64,000 nt of DNA from Dictyostelium discoideum (taxonomy: Eukaryota), in NCBI GenBank assembly GCA_000004695.1, contig CM000153.2, forward strand, positions 2,784,001 through 2,848,000, written 5' to 3'. The position numbers and the translations under genes were made by a program. Each line of letters begins with the position of its first letter. The first letter of the stretch is position 1. The notes beneath the pieces are model-generated. The model made no database searches. It saw only the letters and a program-made list of their open reading frames with translations, and had not been told where the DNA came from. This document shows positions 24,529 to 42,758 of the stretch, piece after piece.

Positions 24529-24779
24529 AAAAAAAAAAAAAAACAACACTAATCTTAGCCACACAAACACACATACCCACCCACATCAATTAAATTAAAT
24601 AAATTAAATTTTTTTAAATAATTATTTTTTTATTATTATTTTTATACAAAAAAAAAAAAACAATTTTTTTTTAAAAAAAAAAAAAAAAAAAAAACCATCA
24701 TTAATTTTTTTTTTTTATTGTATGATATAAAAATTTATACTTATCATTTTATATAATTTAAAATAGTTTAATATACAAT

Positions 24780-29839
<5,060 letters not shown>

Positions 29840-29923
29840 TATTTTAACAAATAATAATAAAAAAGAAAAAAAAAAAAATGATTTATTCTAATTTATATAT
29901 ATATAAAAAAAAAAAAAAAAAGA

Positions 29924-29969
<46 letters not shown>

Positions 29970-30005
29970 GAATAATAAAATTATAATTTATATGTTTTTA
30001 TTGTT

Positions 30006-30037
<32 letters not shown>

Positions 30038-30045
30038 TATAAAAT

Positions 30046-31374
30046 TTAACTAACTTGTTGTGGTGTCATTTGTAAACTTGTTAATTTACTAATCCAACAA
30101 GGTGGTAAAACTGTTAATTCTTTATTTGATTTATCATGAACAACAGTATTATCTAATTGGAAGATATCAATGTTTTCAACTTTTAACATTGCCAAACCAA
30201 CACCATGAATACCGGTAATGAATTTATCGGTTGATCTTGAAACTGTTTTAATTTCACTATCAGTACCAACTTTAACAGGTTCATCTGATGATTGTTGTTG
30301 ATTATGTTTTGGTGAGATATTTTTAACAATTAATGCAGAGTCTGATGGTGGATGCTCAAGATTTAATGCATTTAGAATACGTTTTGGGAAGAGTAATGAT
30401 TCTTTTGGTGGTTTTGTTGGGTCGATGATTGCTTCATCCATTACACTAGCACTTTCAACATCTTTAACACTCATTACAACTGGGAAAATTCTCTTTCTAA
30501 TTAAACCTGTGAAATGTGTTCTTGAGGTTAATTCTTGGCCTAAATAACATCCCTTATGAAAATCGACACCATTTAAAAGATCGAAATTATATTCCAATGG
30601 AATTATATTTCCCCATTGATATTCTTTAACACCTTGTGGTATACCTTGGCTTAGTCTAAATAAATTATAAATTGTTTCATCTTTACTTTCATATTTTGAT
30701 AATCTTTCTTCAACAACTAAAAAAATTTAAAAATAAAATAAAATAAAATAAATATCAATTAATAAATTATAATTTTATTTTATTATTAGTATTTTTATTA
30801 TTAGTATTAAATATTTACCTAATTGTTTATTATTTGGTACTAATAATCTAACACCCATGATTTGATGTCTTGGATCCATCATGACAGAACATTGATCTTT
30901 CTCTAATTGAGCAAATAATGAGTCATCTCTAACTGTCTTATAAGTTTTATCCAAGATTGAATAGACATTAAAATTTTCAGTGACATCAATGATATCAATT
31001 TTATTTCTAAGTTTATATTGTTTCAAATGGGCCATTGCTTCTTCCAAAATTGAACTATCAATATCGACAATGAACGAATCTAATCCACTGTTGTCTGAAC
31101 TACCTGGTGCCATTGAAATTGGTTTTGGGTTGCCATTATGATGTTCTCTATCAAGTGATATAATTGAATCAAATAATAGTCTACCATTTCCTTGAAGGAA
31201 ACCATTATAAATTGATGTATTTGTTGATTGATTATCCTTTAATCTATTCAAATTATTTGTTGTTAAACCTTGTAAATGCTTTAATGCATCAGGTCCAACC
31301 ACTTTAATTAAACTTCTACTTTTTAATGGTACAACACATTTTTTAATTTTTTCCAATGATTTTAAATTTATCAT
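30046..31374 (-). CDS. IBA57/CAF17 (YgfZ/GcvT-like folate-binding Fe-S cluster assembly factor, mitochondrial). Model join(31374..30819,30716..30046).
   Basis: Hallmark KGCYLGQE motif of the YgfZ/IBA57 family (..DFHKGCYLGQELTSRTHFTGLIRKR..) and a GcvT-like N-terminal half. Donor TTAG|GTAAAT and acceptor TTTTTTTAG keep phase 1. Confidence 0.75.
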
Positions 31375-31706
31375 TATTATTATTATTATATTATAAATTA
31401 TTAATATTATTATTTAATAATTAATTTTAATTTTGGTTTTTATTTTTTTTTTTTCTATGGAAATAATAAATTATTTTAAAGTTTGTTTTTTATTTGTTTA
31501 TGTTTGCTTTTTTTTTTTTTTATTTTTTTTATTGCAAAATTTTTTTTTTTGGTGGTGGAATTATTGTAAATGTTTTTTATTTATTTTTTTTTTTTTATTT
31601 TTATTTTATTTTTTTTTATTTTTTTAATTTGAAAGGATAAATAAAGTATTTATTTTTTGAAATTAAAAAATTTTTTTTTTTATTTTTTTTTGATTTTCAC
31701 AATTTT

Positions 31707-31747
<41 letters not shown>

Positions 31748-31941
31748 AAATTATTTTATAAAATTACGTGTACACCTTTAAAAGGGGTGGGTGCTTATTC
31801 CAATTTTGTTTGTTTTCTTTTGTTTGTTTTTTGTTTTAATATTTTGGGATATAGGAGATAAAATATAAACAGTTGTATATTAATTAATTATTAATAAAAA
31901 ATAAAAATTAAAAAAAAAAAAAAAATAAAAAAAATTAAATT

Positions 31942-33727
31942 ATGAAAAGATTTATATTTTTAATAACATTGGTGTCAATATTATTATTATTATTTTTATC
32001 GATAGATAATACCCATTCATTCCAATTGGATAATAAAAAAAAATCTAAAAATAAAAAATCAAAACAAAATCCAATAACTAAAGATTTTGAAGAGAAATCA
32101 GCATATCATCATACAGACCATATTGAAGATTATCATAATGAAGATCATGATAAAAATATTTTTGATGGTAAATAAATAAATAAATAAATAATAATAAAAA
32201 AAATAATAATAAAATAAAAAAATACATATTAATATATTTTTTATTTTTTTTTTTATTTTTTTTTTTTTAATATTAGAAACAATTGATTTAAATAATTTAA
32301 ATTCAACATTAAAATTATGGTTAGAATCAAATAATATTGGTAAATTTATGGATTTACATTTAACAAAGAAATTACATTTAACAATACCAATTAATTTTAT
32401 ATTTATTGGATTTGGAGGTGAAGGTAATAAAGGTATGGATATTAGTATGTTACAATTGGTTGAATGGTTTCAACATATTGAACATTCATTAAACAATTTT
32501 ATAACACCAATTGGAGAAGATTATACAACAACCGATCAAATGAAAACACCAAATACACATATTGAATATAATTTTGAAATTCAAGTTTCAAAGACAGATC
32601 CAATGGTGAATACGTTGGTTGAGGATGCAATATTTTGGCATCTTAGATCTGAAGCATCTCATTATTTCGAATCGATTAGTTTACCAGGTGATGAAAAGTT
32701 TGAAAAACGTTTCTACACAAATCCACACCTACTATCATCATTACTATCATCATTAAGCAATCATTTAGAATTGGATAAGAATTCATACACAATCTATATT
32801 CTCAACCCAAATCATCCATCAAATGATGGCATTGAAAATACTGATGCCATTTATGGCTATCGTGTTGGTTTCTCAAATCAAGAATTAAAACAACTTTATA
32901 GAAATTCAAATTTAAAAATACCAAATTCTTTAAATCAAGTTCATACTGATTTCGAATTTGCTCAATTATTACAATTTGATAAAGTTTTCGAAAAGAAAAA
33001 GTCACCAACAGGAACAGCAGAGGGAGAGGGTGATCAACCAATTCATATCAATGATAATTTAAAATTTAGAGATCATTCAGTTCAATCAAAAGAATGGGCA
33101 GATCAAATGATTAAAGAATTTGGTGAATTTAAAATTAATTCAATTCAAACCAATCCAAATTGTCAGTTTGGTTCACCAGATACAAAAGAAGATAGATGGA
33201 TTTGTTCAACATTGGAATTGATTTATAGAGAGAATGCATCAATAGTCGCTAGAGCACAAGAGATACTTGATCGTGGTACTAGATATGAACAACTCTACGT
33301 TTACACGGCCCATGAGAATCCAATAGTTGAGAATCCAATGGTTGACACTTGGATCTCTCATAAAAGATTTGCATTCATTGATCTAACAGCTGGACCATTT
33401 GAATGGGGACCATCAGTTGGTGGTAATGGTTTAAAAACTTCAACAACTCTTCCAAAAACACCATCACTAACTCAAGAACAAGAAGAAGAGGTATTGCAAG
33501 AAGAGGCAACCTATCTATCACCTGATCTTGAAACTAAACAAAAACAATTAACTCAAGAATTATTATTAATTGAAACCATTTATAATAATGCTTGTATTGA
33601 TCAAAATTCTGAAAGAACTGATGAAGAGAAAGAAATGTGTGAAGAATTAATTACAAATATTAATAAAATTAAAAAACAACTTGAAAAGGATCAAATTAAA
33701 TTACAAAGAAAATTACAAAATAATAGT

Positions 33728-33758
<31 letters not shown>

Positions 33759-35113
33759 TTGATAATGATGAAGATATTGAAATTGATTTATTAACTGGTA
33801 ATTATAAAGAAGTATTTGGTAATCAAGAACAAGATTTATTCATTTCAAAATTAGGGTCAGTTTTATCAAGTAGTTTAAAACATTTAATAACTCAACCATT
33901 ACCTTTGTTTAGAGTTGCCTATGCCAAGAGAGTAAATTTTAATGTTTTTGTTATTAGTGATCATCAAGATTTTAATGCTCGTGATTATTTTAATTTCAAT
34001 TATGAACATTTTAAATATGAAATTGAAAAACTTAGATTACCAACTCAAGAATTTGTTTTCAATATTAAATCAATTTCAATGTCTGATGATAAACAATTAG
34101 CTTTAGCATATTATAGTAGTTTAAAAACAGTTTTAAATCCAACAATTAATGATGATCATGAATTTAAATCAATTTTAAATTATTATTTAGATTCAAAAGA
34201 TATTAAAAATAGTTTATTAAAATTATTTAATAATTTAGATAGTAATAATAATAATAATAATAATAATGGTGGTGGTGGTGGTGGTGGTGGTGATGATGAA
34301 GATAAAGAAAATCAAGTTAAATATATACCAATTTTCTTATTTTCAATTTCAACAAATAATTCAATTTTAATTGATAAAACTCATCAAGCTAAATCATTAT
34401 CAAATATGGTTATTGCAATTCAAACCAATGTTTTCTCTAGTAATTCAACATTTACAGTAAATGATAATCAATTGAAATATTATCCAATTAATCCTTTATC
34501 AAGTATACTCTCTGCTACTGCTTTGAATTTGGGTGGATTGGTTGGTAATCATATTTCATATAGTGAAGCACATGGTGCTGCTACCTCCAATTGGCATTGG
34601 TCAGTGGGTGATTCACCAACTTCAAAAACTACAACTTATCCATTCACTCATTTCAATGAATTTCAAAGAGATACAATCTTTAGAAACTATATAGCTTCTT
34701 CATTGGAAAGATCGATTGGTTGGGTTAATAAAGGTGTAACCATATTAAATGATTGTAAAACTTCAATTAAAAACTTTGAAAATGCTTTATCCGTATTTCC
34801 TTTAGAAGAGACTGTTTTGAAATTTCAAATTATTAGATCACAATGGAATGAAGTTGCAAGTAGTATAAGAGATTTAGATTTCTCAAAATCAATTAAAATC
34901 TCTTTAGAGGCTGAAAAATCTTCAAGATCTTTCTTTAAAGATTGCGAAAATATTCAAATCTTTTTCATGCAATCTGAATGTCAATCTGATATCACTCAAA
35001 AATTACCAAAAAGAACTTTAGCTATCATTATCATTTGTTTATTAATTAATATTTTAATCATTTCACTTTTAAAAACTTTATATAAAGGTAAAAATAAATT
35101 AAAAATTAATTAA
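31942..35113 (+). CDS. Large type I membrane glycoprotein of unknown function (~1020 aa; signal peptide, C-terminal TM anchor and short basic tail). Model join(31942..32167,32277..35113).
   Basis: N-terminal signal peptide MKRFIFLITLVSILLLLFLSI; donor GATG|GTAAAT and acceptor TATTAG keep frame; C-terminal TM LAIIIICLLINILIISLL then KTLYKGKNKLKIN. Many N-x-S/T sites. No confident family match from sequence alone. Confidence 0.55.
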
Positions 35114-35321
35114 AAAATAAAATAAAATAAAATAAAATAAAAAATTCCAAAAATAAAAAAAAAAAATTAATGTTTTCATTTTTTTTTTTTTTATTTCATT
35201 TTTTCCATTTTATTTCTTTTTTTAAATTTTATTTCTTTTTTTATTTTCATTTTTTTTATTTTCATTTTTTATTTTAGTATAAATAAAGATATCATAATAA
35301 TAATAATAATAAATAACATAT

Positions 35322-36084
35322 ATGGATATTAAAGGATTACAACCAATTTCATTTAGTTCATTTGAAAAATATAGAGAGTTTTTAAGTAACCCTTCTACAT
35401 TATATTACCCAGGTAAAATATTAAATGGGGAATACAATTTTCAAGGTCCAAATGAAACTGTTTTGACTTTATCAAATCTTCCAAATGAAATTTTATCACC
35501 AAATAGAATTTTCAATTGGTTATGTCAATATGGAAATATAACATCTATTAAAGTTGGAAAAGAACAAACTCTTGTAAAATTTTGTGATGGTTTTAATGCA
35601 TATGTGGCTCATCAATTTGCTAATAATACTTTTGCATTTGGAAAAAATATTAATATTTATTGGACAAAATATTTAAGTCTTGAAGGAATTGGTAAAAATT
35701 AAATTAAATAATTTTTTATTAATAAATAATTTTAATATTAATATTTGTTTAAAAAAAAAAAAAAAAGAATTTAATTCTTTAAACAGATTCAAAAGTCAAG
35801 AAAGATTAAAAAATTATGGAGCAAGTTTATTTAGACAAACTCAACAAATTTATATAAGAAATGTACCAATTAATTGCGATGAAGCTACTTTATACAATAT
35901 ATTTAAACAATTTACACCTTACACTCCAATTAATATTCGTTTAGAACCTGATGGATTAAATACAAAATTAAAACATGGTTTAATTAATTTTGTAGATATT
36001 ATAAGTTCAACAGAGTCTTTAATAATTTTAAATAATTTTCAATTTGATAATCATATTTTAGAGCTTAGTTTTTATTATCAATAA
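35322..36084 (+). CDS. Two-RRM RNA-binding protein resembling PTB/hnRNP-L RRM3-RRM4. Approximate model join(35322..35691,35801..36084).
   Basis: The two halves look like atypical PTB-type RRMs (..LTLSNLPNEILSPNRIFNWLCQYGNITSIKVGKEQTLVKFCDGFNAYVAHQFAN.. and ..IYIRNVPINCDEATLYNIFKQFTP...GLINFVDIISSTESLIILNNFQFDNHILELSF). Donor G|GTAAAA at 35692 is clear (phase 1). The only phase-compatible acceptors are weak (CAAG at 35800 or GGAG at ~35817), so the exon-2 start is uncertain. Confidence 0.45.
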
Positions 36085-36187
36085 ACATTATTTAATTTTA
36101 TTTTTTATTTATTTATTGACATGTCAACAAAGTTTTTATTTAGTTGAAAGATTAAATCAAGGATTAGGTAATTTTTGTAATAATATT

Positions 36188-36514
36188 ATGGATTCTACTA
36201 CAATGGTCCAACCTTTAACAACAGCAACTGCATCATCAACAACAGCAACAGCAACAGCAACAACGACAACAGCAAATACAACAAATAGTAGTGGAATTAT
36301 TAATAAAAATTTTGGAGAATCATTAAGATTATCAATGGAAGAAATTCAATTAATTGTATTAGAAACTCAAAAATATGCAATTAAATATCATTCATTACTT
36401 TCACAACAATTACAACAGTGTGATGATTTAATTAATATTCATCGTGGTAAATTAGTAGAGGTTCAAGATTTTTTAAAAAAAATGAAAAAGAGAATCGAAC
36501 TAGTTTCACATTAA
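36188..36514 (+). CDS. Small (108 aa) coiled-coil protein with a T/A-rich N-terminus; function unknown
   Basis: The ORF track starts at TTG 36116; the first in-frame ATG is 36188 (MDSTTMVQ...). The C-terminal ~60 aa is a predicted helix (EEIQLIVLETQKYAIKYHSLLSQQLQQCDDLINIHRGKLVEVQDFLKKMKKRIE). Confidence 0.4.
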   Translation: MDSTTMVQPLTTATASSTTATATATTTTANTTNSSGIINKNFGESLRLSMEEIQLIVLETQKYAIKYHSLLSQQLQQCDDLINIHRGKLVEVQDFLKKMKKRIELVSH

Positions 36515-36572
36515 TTTTTTTCAAAAACAAACTGACAAATTTCGACGCTTTTGTAACCCAGGGTGCAAATTT

Positions 36573-36607
<35 letters not shown>

Positions 36608-36651
36608 TTTTCATTTTCTAAAAAATCGACTTGTAATATATAAAAAAAAAA

Positions 36652-37659
36652 ATGACAGATAAAATTCAATTCAATTATATTGATAATAAATCATCTCTGC
36701 AATTGTTAAAAATTTTACAAATCAAAAATTTTCCAAATCTCTTTCGTTATGAAAATCAAGTAAAACAACAAAATGTATTATCTTTTGTAGACAATGAAGC
36801 AAACCCAACGATTGTAATTTTAATTGATATTTTTAGAGGTCAAATGAATGTATTTCCATTAAATGTTGAAGGTAAATTTATTTTTTTTATAAAAAAAGTT
36901 CAAAATGCCAATGTATTAATGTTAAAAAAAAAAATAAAAAAAAAAAATAAAAAAATTTAGCATTAACAAATACAGCAAAATCCATTGACTGGTCAAATGG
37001 ATTTTTAACAGAATTTAAAAATAATCCATTCATTAAATGGGATGAGATTTTTGAAAAAGTTGGACCAAATAACAAAATAGGTTTAGAAAGACATTTTAAA
37101 TCAACGTAAGTTTTTAAAATTTTTTTTTTTATTTTTTATTATTTATTTACTAATTTTATATAATTATTTATTTTGGTTAAAGTGAAAAAATTTCAATTGC
37201 ATGTGTTTCTCTTGAATATGAACCATTATTTATTGAATCATTAAAAGGTTATTTTAGAAATATGAAACCAGATTCAGAAGTTTTTGATGCATTAACATTA
37301 AAGGTAGATAATATTCAAGAGAAAATTAATGAATTAAAATTAAATTTAGATGAAAATGTAGGACCATTAAAATATGAGGATGCTGAAACCATTAGTAAGT
37401 TTTTTTTTTTTTTTTTAAAAAATAAAGTTTTAAAACAAATAATTAATTAGTTTTTTAATTTTATAATCAAAAAAAAAAAAAAAAAAAAAAAAAAGATAGT
37501 AAATGGCAATATAAATCAAATGAATCAATTAATTTTTTAAGATGGTCATGTACTCAAACTATATCAGCAGGTTATAGAATTAATGGTAAACTTGTTAGTT
37601 GGATTATTATGTATACAGATGGTTCTATTGGTAGTCTTTATACATTAGAAGAGTATTGA
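36652..37659 (+). CDS. GNAT/FR47-like (glycine N-acyltransferase-like) protein. Model join(36652..36871,36961..37105,37183..37394,37496..37659).
   Basis: Four exons joined by G|GTAAAT, AC|GTAAGT and A|GTAAGT donors with phase-consistent acceptors. The C-terminal exon ..WSCTQTISAGYRINGKLVSWIIMYTDGSIGSLYTLEEY resembles FR47-type acetyltransferase C-termini. Family assignment is tentative. Confidence 0.4.
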
Positions 37660-37724
37660 TCTAAAATTAAAAAAAAAAAAAAAAAAAAGAATTAAATAAA
37701 CTTTTGATAAAAAATATTATTATT

Positions 37725-37925
37725 CTAACACTTTCTTAATTTATACTTTAGGTTTAGAGGAAAAAAATATTCTTGCAAGGTGGTATCATATATTTTAATT
37801 AAATTCTTTGAAAATGGTTTCGACCTTCCATACTGTTTTGTTAGAGATAATAATATATCTTCACAAAAAGTGATGAGAAGTTTTGGTTTCAAATCAAATT
37901 CCTTAGTAAAATGGGTTACTGGCAC
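37725..37925 (-). other. Orphan ORF (66 aa, GTG start in the track); probably a terminal exon of an unmodelled gene, or spurious
   Basis: No ATG start; no recognisable family; convergent with the GNAT-like gene. Confidence 0.15.
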
Positions 37926-38154
37926 TCCATAACTAGTTTTTAGTGTTCAAAATTATCTGCCTAGGTATCTATTGGTCTTTGGAAATATATATATTTTTTT
38001 TTTTTTATCTAATATATAAATAAAAAAACAGAGAGAAATAAAAATTTTAAAAAAACAAAAATAGATAATGATTTTTTAAATTAAAAACATATAAATTTAT
38101 TTTTTTCAAGTGTTGGTCACACCAAAATTAATTGTTTTTTAATTACCACCTTGG

Positions 38155-38155
<1 letters not shown>

Positions 38156-38187
<32 letters not shown>

Positions 38188-39521
38188 TGGAAATGAATAA
38201 AAAAACAGATAATACTTGATTAAAGAATAAATTTATCAACTTTTCATTCAATGAATCGATAAGTGCTTTACATGTTTTCTTAATGAATTGAGCCTGGTTC
38301 TCTCTATTTGTTTCAAATTGAAATAATAATGGAATATCACCAACTTTTGATAACTTTTCAGATTTTTCTAAATCTTCAGAATAATAATATTCTTCTTTTT
38401 TTTTCATTTAAACTATAATTGCAAACATTAAAAAGGATCATTGAAATAGATGAGTTTATTAAATCTTTTACTTTTGATTGATCATTGATTGAACCTTTTC
38501 TAAAAAATGTCACATTGCATGGTTTAATTTTAAATTTTTCAATCATTATGTTTATAATTTTTATTCTTTTTAATTGTGAAACTGCAGTACCATTAAAAAT
38601 TAAATTCCAAAACTCTTTATCTGTAAATGGTTTTTCTTTGTTATTATTAATATTAATATTATTTAAATGACTCATCATATATTTATATGATTGTTTAATA
38701 TCGTTGAATGTTGGATTATATTTACTATCCTCAACTAATGATTTTAATGCACCGACACAATCAGATTTTATTATTGTATCTACTGTATCATCTAAATTGA
38801 ATAATGAAATCTTTGGATAAAATTTAAAAATATTTGAAAAAAATTGTTTATCATCTTTAATTTTTGAATAAAGTTTTGAAAAAGATTGTTTATTGAAATT
38901 TGTTAAATATTGATTTCTATTTACTTTATCTTTAATTAATCCATCCATTGTTCAATTAAATAACTAAAATTGAAAATTTCATCATACTTTAATGTATGTT
39001 CACCTGTAAAATAATTATTAAAAATTTGCCTATTTAAATATTTATTTATAAACTTTCCAAAATATTATTTCATTATTATCCATTGGTTTATTATTTGTTT
39101 GAGCTTGTTTATTTAATGATAATTGTTTATTTGTTGTGTTTTTTATTGATTTTTTTAATTTAATTGATTTTCTAATACTTTCTAATAAAATTAACTTGTT
39201 TTGTTTTTCATTTATACTATATTTCGATTTTGAAATTTTTTTAATATCTTTATATGTTTTATTCTCTAATTGCTCCATTTCTCTATCTATATCTTTCTCA
39301 GTATCAACATCTTTATTACTATTATAATTATAATTTTTATTACTATTATTATTTTTATTATTAACTATACATTCAAGAGTTGAAATTTTTGATTTCAATT
39401 GTAGTATCTCTGTTTTCAATTCATTGATAGTATCTAATAATCCTTGTTTCTCTTTACTCTTAATTTTTTTTTTGAAAAAAAAAAAAAAAAAAAAATTTCT
39501 CACAAGAAATAATGTTAACAT
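38156..39521 (-). pseudogene. Degenerate, truncated paralog of the SAP-motif family genes at 39631..43116 and 43341..45545 (at least 3 frameshifts)
   Basis: Order of homologous segments matches the intact paralogs: coiled-coil + SAP-like motif (LENKTYKDIKKISKSKYSINEKQNKLILLESI), then ..NNEIIFWKVYK, then (shifted frame) INKYLNRQIFNNYFTGEHTLKYDEIFNFSYLIEQ, then (shifted again) MDGLIKDKVNRNQYLTNF..CVGALKSLVEDSKYNPT.., then (another frame, ORF 38156..38407) ..VGDIPLLFQFETNRENQAQFIKKTCKALIDSLNEK.. The sequence stops far short of the paralogs' C-terminal half. Confidence 0.6.
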
Positions 39522-39630
39522 TTAAAAAAATTGTAATTTAAATAGAAAAAAAAAAAAATATTGATCACTTTTTAAATCCTATTAATAGTATTTTATTTAT
39601 TTATTTGTTTATTTATTTATTTTTTAAAAT

Positions 39631-41704
39631 TTAAATTATTTCATTATTTTTAAATAAATCTTTTAAAGCATAAAAAGTTGCAGATCCTTTAGAAACATTT
39701 GAATAAAATTGGGTATTAGTGATTGAAATATTACAATCCTCTAAAAGATAAAGAGATAATTGTAAATGGTTATTATTTAAAGCACGATAGAGTATTTCAC
39801 GTAATTGAATTTGATCGAAAATACTTTTTGAATCATTTGATCTTTTTGAAAATATTGATTTATAACCATTATCAACCAAAGCTTTAAATAATCTAATATG
39901 ACCCTTTGTTGCTTCTTTTTCCAATAAACATCTAAGATAATTTGCAAAACAAATTTTATCGCCATTATTTAAAATTACATCTGGATTGTTACCAGTTATG
40001 GTTGTTGTTGTTTTTTTTGTTGGTGTTGTTGGTGTTGTTGGTGTTGTTGTTGGTGTTGTTGGTGTTGTTGGTGTTGTTGTTTCAGTTGTAGCCGAATGAA
40101 AATTTGGTAAACCTAATTTAATAAAATCATTAATGAAACCTTTACATTCAGTATCTTCAATAGTATTGAAAATTTCTTTTGATTTTTTTGAAGCATGAGA
40201 ATAACCAATACCAAAATAATAATATTTTTCTTCAAAAGAGAATGGACTGAAATGATAACTATTTGGTAAAGCATTTCTGTTGTAGAATAACCATCTTTGA
40301 ACTGCAATTACAAAATAATAATTTGGACAGTCGATGTTTGGTAGATAGGGTTTATTATTGCCAGAATTTCTATCTAGAGCTATAGAGTAAAGATAGGTAA
40401 AATCCAATACTGAATTGACGCCTTTATAGCCAATCATATGAGAATTTGTGAAAACAACACCTTTACTATCACCACAACCTTTTGATAGAGGTGATTGAAG
40501 GAAATCTATAAATGTTTTCAATACTAAACCCATTGAATTGAATTGGCAAGTATTTAATATTGGTGGAAGTGGTACTTTGAAAACTATATCTCTTTTAAGC
40601 AATGGCGATGGTGGTGCTGCTGGTACTGATAATAATAATGATTTATACTTTTCAACTAAATCCAATCTACAATTATAAATAAATGCTGTAATTGGCAATA
40701 CTTTACTATTATTTTTTAAACAATTATTAAAAACAAATTCCAATACTTTTTCTGATCTAATAAAATGAAATTCAGTATGAAAACTTGGATTACCACCAAC
40801 ACTGGTTGAAACTCCGATTCCTATTTCATTTATATGTTCAATTTTTAACATTGGTTTATTTAATTGATCATATGCCAATTCTATCAATTCTAAATCATCA
40901 TATAATAAAACTTGCCCAAAGAAAATGTAAATATGATTATCTCCATATTTCTTTTGGAGTGTTACAATATTAAGATATTTGCAAATGTCTTTAATGAATT
41001 GAATTTGATTTTCTTTTTTATTTTGAAATTGAAAGAGAATTGGTATATTTCCAACAAATGATTTATCTTCAAAAATTACATTTCGAATAGTTGAACAAAT
41101 AGTTGATCTTGAAACTTCTTTAAACAATTCTATATCACCAAATCTAAATGAATGCAATAATAAATCTGAATGTTTTGTTTTACGTGATATATTTACTTTT
41201 TCACCTGCTAACAATGAATAAAATTCATTTCCTTCAAAAAAACTATGGCCATAAAACAATCCTAATAATTTTAAAATTGATTTTAATTTATTTTTATTAT
41301 CACTATTATATTGATAATAAACAAAATCAAATATCTTTTGATTTCTTTCAATTTTAGTTATTGATTCAATTGTTTCTTTAAATTCTTTTAAACTTGGAAA
41401 TATAGGTGTAATCTTTCTTTTAATTTTTTTATTACCACCACCACCATTACTATCTTTTTTTTCTTTTTTTTCTTTTTTTTCTTTTTTTTCTTTTTTTTCT
41501 TTTTTTTCTTTTTTTCTTTCAAATTCACTTTCGCTTTCACTACTATCACTTTCACTATTATCATGATTATCTTTTTTTTCTTCCTTTTCTTCTTTTTCTC
41601 TTTCGCTTTCACTACTATCACTTTCACTACTATCACTTTCACTATTACTACTGCTACTATCATTATCTTTTTTTTCTTTTTTTTCTTTTTTTTCTTTTTC
41701 ATTT

Positions 41705-41765
<61 letters not shown>

Positions 41766-42690
41766 CACTTCCACTTTCACTTTCACTTTCGCTATCACTA
41801 CTACTATCATTTTTACTTTTACTTTTACTATCACCTTTCTTTTTTAATTTTTTAAAAATAATATTTTGATAAAAACCTTTTGGTTTTACTTTTAAATGAA
41901 TCATAGATTCACATATATTTATTAAATCTTTAATAAGTAATGATTCTTGGATTGGACAAAATTTTGAAATTTTTTCAAATCTAAGTGGTGTCACAGCTGC
42001 TGGTTTTATATGGTATCTGTTAATCATAAAGTTAATGAATTTAGCACGTTTTCTAAAACAGTATCCAAATATTGATTTCCAAAATTCATTTTCTGTGAAT
42101 GGTAATTTAAATTTCTCTATACTATTTTTATTGTTATTATTACTATTATTTTTATTATTATTATTATTATTATTTTCATTATTATTTGAATTTTCAAAAA
42201 GATTCATCATATATTTAAATGTTTTATAACTACCATCTTTAATTGATTGAATAATATTATCGGTAGTTGGTTTATAATTATTTTCTTCAACTAATGATTT
42301 TAATGCACCAATACAATCAGATTTTAAAATATTTCCAACAGTATAACCAATATTGAATAATGATATCTTTGGATAAAATTTAAAAAAGCTTGTATAGAAT
42401 TTTTTATCCTCTTTAATTGCTGAAAATAAATCTGATAATGATTTTTCAAAACCTGTTAAATATTGGTTTCTATAAACTTTGTCTTTTAACAATTCAATTT
42501 CATTACATTCAATCATGTGACCAACATTAAAAACTTCATCATATCTTAATGAATGTTTACCTGTACATAATTTATTTATAATTTGTCTATTTAAATATTT
42601 ATTTCTAAAAATTTTCCAAAATAATCTTTCACCATCACTCATTGGTATTAGTTGTTGTTTTTGTTGTTGTTGTTGTTGTTGATTCTTCTC

Positions 42691-42758
<68 letters not shown>

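Noticed and set aside
36121-36180. ATG at 36121 as start of the small coiled-coil gene
   Set aside because: Out of frame with the downstream ORF and terminates after 8 codons; the in-frame ATG is 36188.
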